Source of the DNA: Candidatus Latescibacterota bacterium
Lineage (GTDB): Bacteria; Latescibacterota; UBA2968; GCA-2709665
DNA: 64,000 bases
Assembly: GCA_965248435.1 (NCBI GenBank)
Contig: OZ252100.1
Span: 32,001 to 96,000, forward strand
Direction: 5' to 3'
Part shown: piece after piece, positions 59,338 to 64,000 of the stretch
How the letters are laid out: every line of letters starts with the position of its first letter
How positions within the stretch are numbered: the stretch's first letter is position 1
The notes under the pieces: generated by a model
Seen by the model: only the letters and a program-made list of their open reading frames with translations
The model's database searches: none
Told to the model about the DNA's origin: nothing
Translations under genes and position numbers: made by a program

Positions 59338-60564
59338 ATGAAAACACATTCCTTGCACACAGGAGGAGGACCGGTCAGAGTGGTGATCCTCTTGCTCTGC
59401 GCGGTTTGCTTAACGACCTGCGGCAAGCTGCTGACGAGCGCGCCCGAGGAGGGGGAGACCCTCGACGGCACTCTGGACATTTCGCCAGCCCTCAATTCCT
59501 CGTTCGCAAGAGGGGATGAGCAGTTTGAGCGGGTCTTCACGATCGCGGACGGCCTGGGTCCGATCTTCAATCAGCCCAGTTGCGAAACCTGCCATCCAGG
59601 CGATGGTCGAGGAACCCCATTCACCACGTTAACGCGCTTCAGTGTTGCGGGTGACCTGGTCCCCAAGCTAGGAGGGGGTCAGCTCCAGGACAAGGCCATC
59701 CCTGGTGTGTCGCCAGAGGTCCTTCCGCCCGGTGCCGAGACTTCTGTAAGGATGCCTCCTCCCGTCTTCGGAATGGGGCTGGTCGAAGGCATCCCGGTCG
59801 AGACCCTGGTTGCACTGTCAGATCCGGATGATGCGGACGGAGATGGGATCTCTGGCCAGATCAACTGGGTGCAGGCGGCCGATTTTGTGCCCCCAGAGGT
59901 TGTCGGGTCCGGACCTGGCCTAGCCGTGGGCCGGTTCGGTCGGAAGGCCAATGTCTCCTCGCTTCTTGAGCAGGTGGTGAACGCATACCGTGAGGATATG
60001 GGCATAACAACCGACTTTGCGCCAGACGAGGTCTTACACCCTCAGGCCGGGGATATGACGATTGGTGACAACGTCCCTGACCCTGAGGTGCCGGCTTCAG
60101 AGGTCAATGATGTGATCATGTACGTACGTCTGCTCTCGCCACCCAATCGGGGCGAAATCACGGATGCGGTCCGCCGGGGGGAGGCCCATTTTACGGAAAT
60201 CGGGTGTGCCAGTTGTCACATTCCCACACTAAAGACTGGACCCAATCCGATCCCTGCTCTGGACCGGGTCGATGCCAACCTCTACTCTGACCTACTCCTG
60301 CACGACATGGGCTCGGAGCTGGCCGATGGTCGTTCGGATGGGACGGCTAACGGGTTCGAGTGGAAGACCCCGCCGCTGATGGGGCTGCGCCTGGCTGCGG
60401 ACGCACTTGGGGGAACAGCCTTCTTGCTCCACGACGGCCGGACTTCTGACCTTGCGGACGCGATTCAACTGCACGGGGGAGAAGCGGAGGCGTCTCGCAA
60501 CCGGTTTCTGAGTCTTTCTGAAGAGCAACGTCAGGACCTGATCGCATTCCTGATGTCCCTGTAG
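59338..60564 (+). CDS. di-heme oxidoreductase (DHOR-family) lipoprotein
   Basis: GLGPIFNQPSCETCH; DPDDADGDGISG; GRFGRKA; GCASCH; YSDLLLHDMG; EWKTPPL; LHDGR. Confidence 0.88.
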   Translation: MKTHSLHTGGGPVRVVILLLCAVCLTTCGKLLTSAPEEGETLDGTLDISPALNSSFARGDEQFERVFTIADGLGPIFNQPSCETCHPGDGRGTPFTTLTRFSVAGDLVPKLGGGQLQDKAIPGVSPEVLPPGAETSVRMPPPVFGMGLVEGIPVETLVALSDPDDADGDGISGQINWVQAADFVPPEVVGSGPGLAVGRFGRKANVSSLLEQVVNAYREDMGITTDFAPDEVLHPQAGDMTIGDNVPDPEVPASEVNDVIMYVRLLSPPNRGEITDAVRRGEAHFTEIGCASCHIPTLKTGPNPIPALDRVDANLYSDLLLHDMGSELADGRSDGTANGFEWKTPPLMGLRLAADALGGTAFLLHDGRTSDLADAIQLHGGEAEASRNRFLSLSEEQRQDLIAFLMSL

Positions 60565-60571
60565 CCACGAA

Positions 60572-61000
60572 ATGGGCGCAAGGAAGATCTCCCGACGTCG
60601 TTTTTTGTCCACTTCCGGATGCCTGACGGTGGGCTTACCGCTTTGGTCGTGTGCGACCGTTTCGATCTACCGTACGACCGTCGTAGGGGACCGCATTTCT
60701 CTTGATCGTTCGCGCTTTCCCGAGCTGAGCTCACCGGGTGGAGGGATTATGCTGCAGGCCAGGGAACTGGAGGACCCGCTCCTTCTGGTCAACGATGGCG
60801 GGAGACTTCAGGCCTACTCAGCCGTCTGTACGCACCTCAGGTGCAACGTGCGGCCGTCGGGCGGGTTCCTTGTCTGCCCGTGTCACGGCTCGACATATAA
60901 TCTAGGGGGAGGCGTCACGCGGGGTCCGGCAGCGAGGGCGCTCCCAAAGTTCGAGACGCAGACCATCGGAGACCGAGTAGAGATTGTCATTCCTCGATAG
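60572..61000 (+). CDS. Tat-exported Rieske [2Fe-2S] (lipo)protein
   Basis: SRRRFL twin-arginine; CTH..C..CPCHGS; GPA.RAL. Confidence 0.9.
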   Translation: MGARKISRRRFLSTSGCLTVGLPLWSCATVSIYRTTVVGDRISLDRSRFPELSSPGGGIMLQARELEDPLLLVNDGGRLQAYSAVCTHLRCNVRPSGGFLVCPCHGSTYNLGGGVTRGPAARALPKFETQTIGDRVEIVIPR

Positions 61001-61009
61001 GAGAGAAGG

Positions 61010-62182
61010 ATGTACCGATTCGTTTTGGTCTTGTTTTTAGCGGGTCTATTTGCGGGGAATGTCCGCGCAGAGGATGAACCCGAAGAGACGCCGAGGCCCT
61101 TCGTGAAGGGTGGGGCGTACGACAAGCCGCATCTTTTCAAGCATTCAACCGGTAAGGCTTCGTTCGGCGGTTATGCCGAGGCCCACTTTCGTTATGAACA
61201 GGAAGAAGGGGTCACGGAAGAGCTCACCTTTGTTCCGATGCGGTTCAATCTGTTCTTTCATTCTGCTGTCTCTGAGCGGTTCAGGATGGCTGCCGAACTC
61301 GAGTTTGAAGAGGGGACAGAAGAGATCCTCCTGGAGCTCGCGATTCTGGACTTCGAGCTTCACTCATCGCTGTCGCTCCGCGCAGGCATGATCCTGACTC
61401 CGCTCGGCAAGTTCAACCTCGCCCACGACAGTCCGGCCAACAAGGTGACCGACCGACCCCTGGTCAGTACTCAGATTATCCCGACCGCGCTCTCTGAACC
61501 CGGAATGGGAGTCTTCGGCGCCTTCTACCCGTCTCCCCAATCGCGGGTTACCTACGAGCTCTACGCCGTGAACGGCCTTACCGCAGGATTGATCGAGGAG
61601 AGTGACGCGGGCACGCGCATTGCCAAGGGGCGGGGTAACATAGAAGACAACAACAACCGCCCCGCCTTCGCTGGGAGAATCGGGATCAGTCTCGTTCCAG
61701 AGGCAGAGGTGGGCTTCTCTTGGCACACGGGCCAATACAATGAATCAAAAGCGGAAGATCTGGTAGTGGACGATGCACGACAGTTGAGGATCCTGGCAGT
61801 GGACGCAGAATACCGCCGGGGACTCTACGAGTTCGTCGGTGAGTATGCCCGGGCCAGTATCGATCTTCCTCCGAGCCTGGGGGGGTCGATCTTTGCAGAA
61901 AAGCAGCAGGGCTTTTACGTTCAGGTAAGCGCCGAGTTCCTGCGGAATGTGATCCCGACCGTACCCGGGTCTTTCTTCCAGGGTGTCGTGAGATACGATC
62001 GCATCGATTTTGATACCGATCTGGAAGGAGATGACCAGACCCGCCTGACGCTGGGTCTCAACTTCCGTCCTACCGAAGATTCCGTTTTCAAGCTGAACTA
62101 TCTCTACAACCGTCACGATGACAGGAACAACGTCCGGGCCCTTGGCGCAGGCATCCTGTTCAGTGTTGCGACCTATTTTTGA
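61010..62182 (+). CDS. outer-membrane porin-like beta-barrel (OprO/OprP-like)
   Basis: Signal peptide; GGY.E, AELEFE, LRAG.ILTPLG.FN..H, GLNFRP; terminal YF. Confidence 0.75.
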   Translation: MYRFVLVLFLAGLFAGNVRAEDEPEETPRPFVKGGAYDKPHLFKHSTGKASFGGYAEAHFRYEQEEGVTEELTFVPMRFNLFFHSAVSERFRMAAELEFEEGTEEILLELAILDFELHSSLSLRAGMILTPLGKFNLAHDSPANKVTDRPLVSTQIIPTALSEPGMGVFGAFYPSPQSRVTYELYAVNGLTAGLIEESDAGTRIAKGRGNIEDNNNRPAFAGRIGISLVPEAEVGFSWHTGQYNESKAEDLVVDDARQLRILAVDAEYRRGLYEFVGEYARASIDLPPSLGGSIFAEKQQGFYVQVSAEFLRNVIPTVPGSFFQGVVRYDRIDFDTDLEGDDQTRLTLGLNFRPTEDSVFKLNYLYNRHDDRNNVRALGAGILFSVATYF

Positions 62183-62204
62183 GCTGAAGTAAATCCTGGC
62201 AGCA

Positions 62205-62236
62205 AAAAGGCCCCTGAGAATCCTCAGGGGCCTTTT
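62205..62236. terminator. bidirectional terminator
   Basis: AAAAGGCCCCTGAG-AATC-CTCAGGGGCCTTTT. Confidence 0.85.
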
Positions 62237-62257
62237 CATTCCCTCAAATCCTGGCGT

Positions 62258-64000
62258 CTAGTTCTGGGCAGCGCGCACTTTCGCCAGACGCAGGGCGTTT
62301 CCCGTCACGCCGAGTGACGTGCCCATGTCACCCAGAAGGATGGCGGTGACGAGTGACACCAGACCCGGAAACACGCCGACCGCCAAGACGAACTTGATCA
62401 GGATGGAAGACCAGACATTCTGACGGATGACCCTGCGGGAGATACGCGAAAGACGGAGGAGGTATGGCAGTTTGGTGAGGTCATCGGCCATCAGGGCAAC
62501 GTCCGCGTTTTCGAGTGCCGCGTCGGTTCCCGCAGCACCCATCGCGATGCCGACCGACGCTGCAGCAAGCGCTGGTGCGTCGTTGATTCCGTCACCAATC
62601 ATGGCCACGCGGCCGTAGGTCTGCTCCAGTTCTCTTACGGCTTCGACCTTCTGCTCTGGAAGCAACCCGGCCCGAAACTCGTCCACCTCCAGCTCACGAG
62701 CGATCGTCCGCGCCGTCAGAGCATTATCTCCGGTCAGCATGACGATTCGCTCAACACCGAGCCGATGCATTGCCTGAATCGACTCGCGTGCATCCTTTCG
62801 CACCGTGTCGACGACGGCGAGACCCCCAATGAGCTCTGATTCATTTCCGATCAGGACGACCGTTTTCCCTTCTTGATAAAACCTTTCGAGCTTGCTGGGA
62901 ACCCTTCCCGGGAACAGCTCGGGTTTTCCGACTGTGAGGACCCCGCCGTTGATGCGTGCCCGCGCTCCCCGGCCCGTGATGGACTCGAAATCGGACACTT
63001 CGGGAAACTCGACGCCTTCGGCTCGTTTCACGATGGCGCGGGCAATCGGGTGCTGCGAGCGCTGCTCCAGGGCGCCTGCAAGACGCAAGACCTCCGACTC
63101 GGGCAGGCCGTTCAATGAAAAGATCTCACTGACTTCGAGTTTTCCGTGCGTCAGCGTCCCTGTTTTGTCGAATGCGACCACACGCACTTCGGCAAGTGCT
63201 TCCAGGTGATTGCCCCCCTTGATCAATACGCCGTTTCTGGCCGCGCTGGTAATGCCGCTTATCACCGCAACCGGCGTGGAAATTACCAATGCGCAGGGAC
63301 ACGCGATGACCAACAGCGTCAACCCCCGAAGGAACCAGGTGTCGAATTCAGCTCCCAGGATCAGGGGCGGGATGAGGATGACGCCTACGGCGAGCAGCGT
63401 TACCACAGGCGTATAGATGCGCGAGAGTTTCCTCACGAACTGCTCACTGGACGAGCGGTTCTCCTCGGCCTCTTCGACCATCCGGATGATGCGGCTCAAG
63501 GTGCTTTCAGAGGCTGTACGCGTCGCCAGAAGCGCCAGAAACCCTTCGCAATTGATCGTTCCCGCAAAGACCTCGTCGCCCATATTCTTGGTGATCGGCA
63601 TGGACTCCCCTGTAATGGGGGATTGGTCCACGGCCGAGGTGCCCCCGACGACCGTGCCATCGATCGGTATTTTTTCTCCCGGACGCACGAAGACTCTTTC
63701 GTTGTGTTCCAATTCCGCGACCGGCACAACACACTCCTGTCCGTTGCGCACCACCGCAGCGGTGTCGGGCGCCAGGTCCATTAGAGAGGTTATGGAATTT
63801 CGCGCTCGGTCGATGGAATAGCCCTCCAGCAACTCGGCGGTGGAGAACAGGAAGGCAATCGCCGCGGCTTCGGTGTACTCCCCCAGGCAAGCCGCGCCGA
63901 AGATGGCCGCGGTCATCAGGAAGTGCATGTCGAGCGAAAGGGTGCGGAGCGCACGAATGCCTGCGGGGAAGAAATTGAGACCGCCCAGAAGGGCCGACAT
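62258..64000 (-). CDS. heavy-metal P1B-type ATPase (CadA/ZntA-like), 5' end outside window
   Basis: TGES, CPCALVISTP, FDKTGT, SQHPIA, MLTGDN, GDGINDAPAL. Confidence 0.93.
   Translation of the reverse strand: MSALLGGLNFFPAGIRALRTLSLDMHFLMTAAIFGAACLGEYTEAAAIAFLFSTAELLEGYSIDRARNSITSLMDLAPDTAAVVRNGQECVVPVAELEHNERVFVRPGEKIPIDGTVVGGTSAVDQSPITGESMPITKNMGDEVFAGTINCEGFLALLATRTASESTLSRIIRMVEEAEENRSSSEQFVRKLSRIYTPVVTLLAVGVILIPPLILGAEFDTWFLRGLTLLVIACPCALVISTPVAVISGITSAARNGVLIKGGNHLEALAEVRVVAFDKTGTLTHGKLEVSEIFSLNGLPESEVLRLAGALEQRSQHPIARAIVKRAEGVEFPEVSDFESITGRGARARINGGVLTVGKPELFPGRVPSKLERFYQEGKTVVLIGNESELIGGLAVVDTVRKDARESIQAMHRLGVERIVMLTGDNALTARTIARELEVDEFRAGLLPEQKVEAVRELEQTYGRVAMIGDGINDAPALAAASVGIAMGAAGTDAALENADVALMADDLTKLPYLLRLSRISRRVIRQNVWSSILIKFVLAVGVFPGLVSLVTAILLGDMGTSLGVTGNALRLAKVRAAQN

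Overview
A 64-kb stretch of chromosome from a GC-rich Gram-negative bacterium. A Candidatus Latescibacterota-like lineage is my inference, from the EF-hand/dockerin-type tail and the many Gfo/Idh/MocA oxidoreductases. Ordinary content includes hpnCDE squalene synthesis and a cobalamin-riboswitch-controlled cobamide salvage operon (BtuB-like receptor, beta-propeller, cobO/cobU/cobT/cobS). It also has comA, many sugar/oxidoreductase genes, a sigma54-type hsp20-dnaJ-clpB operon, pyk, mgtE, tamAB, yceI, dtxR-feoAB, a di-heme/Rieske/porin operon and a P1B-ATPase. The most striking feature is at 18.9-23.6 kb: an apparently exact 1,124-bp direct duplication (18867-19990 = 22486-23609). It encloses a 177-bp patchwork of four short pieces (33, 67, 34 and 45 nt, mixed orientation) copied from four different genes downstream, followed by a 2.3-kb foreign-looking fragment. 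This looks like an end-joining/templated-insertion scar, or else a library chimera. Several other genes carry clean internal deletions or micro-duplications. Unusual proteins or modules include a FliG-C/TM/FecR fusion, a GAF/PepSY-TM fusion beside a cytochrome c'-like lipoprotein, a YceI with an (NPC)7 tail, and a putatively DtxR-regulated di-heme oxidoreductase-Rieske-porin operon. No rRNA, tRNA, CRISPR array or transposase was seen. All calls are by eye from sequence motifs; no searches were run.
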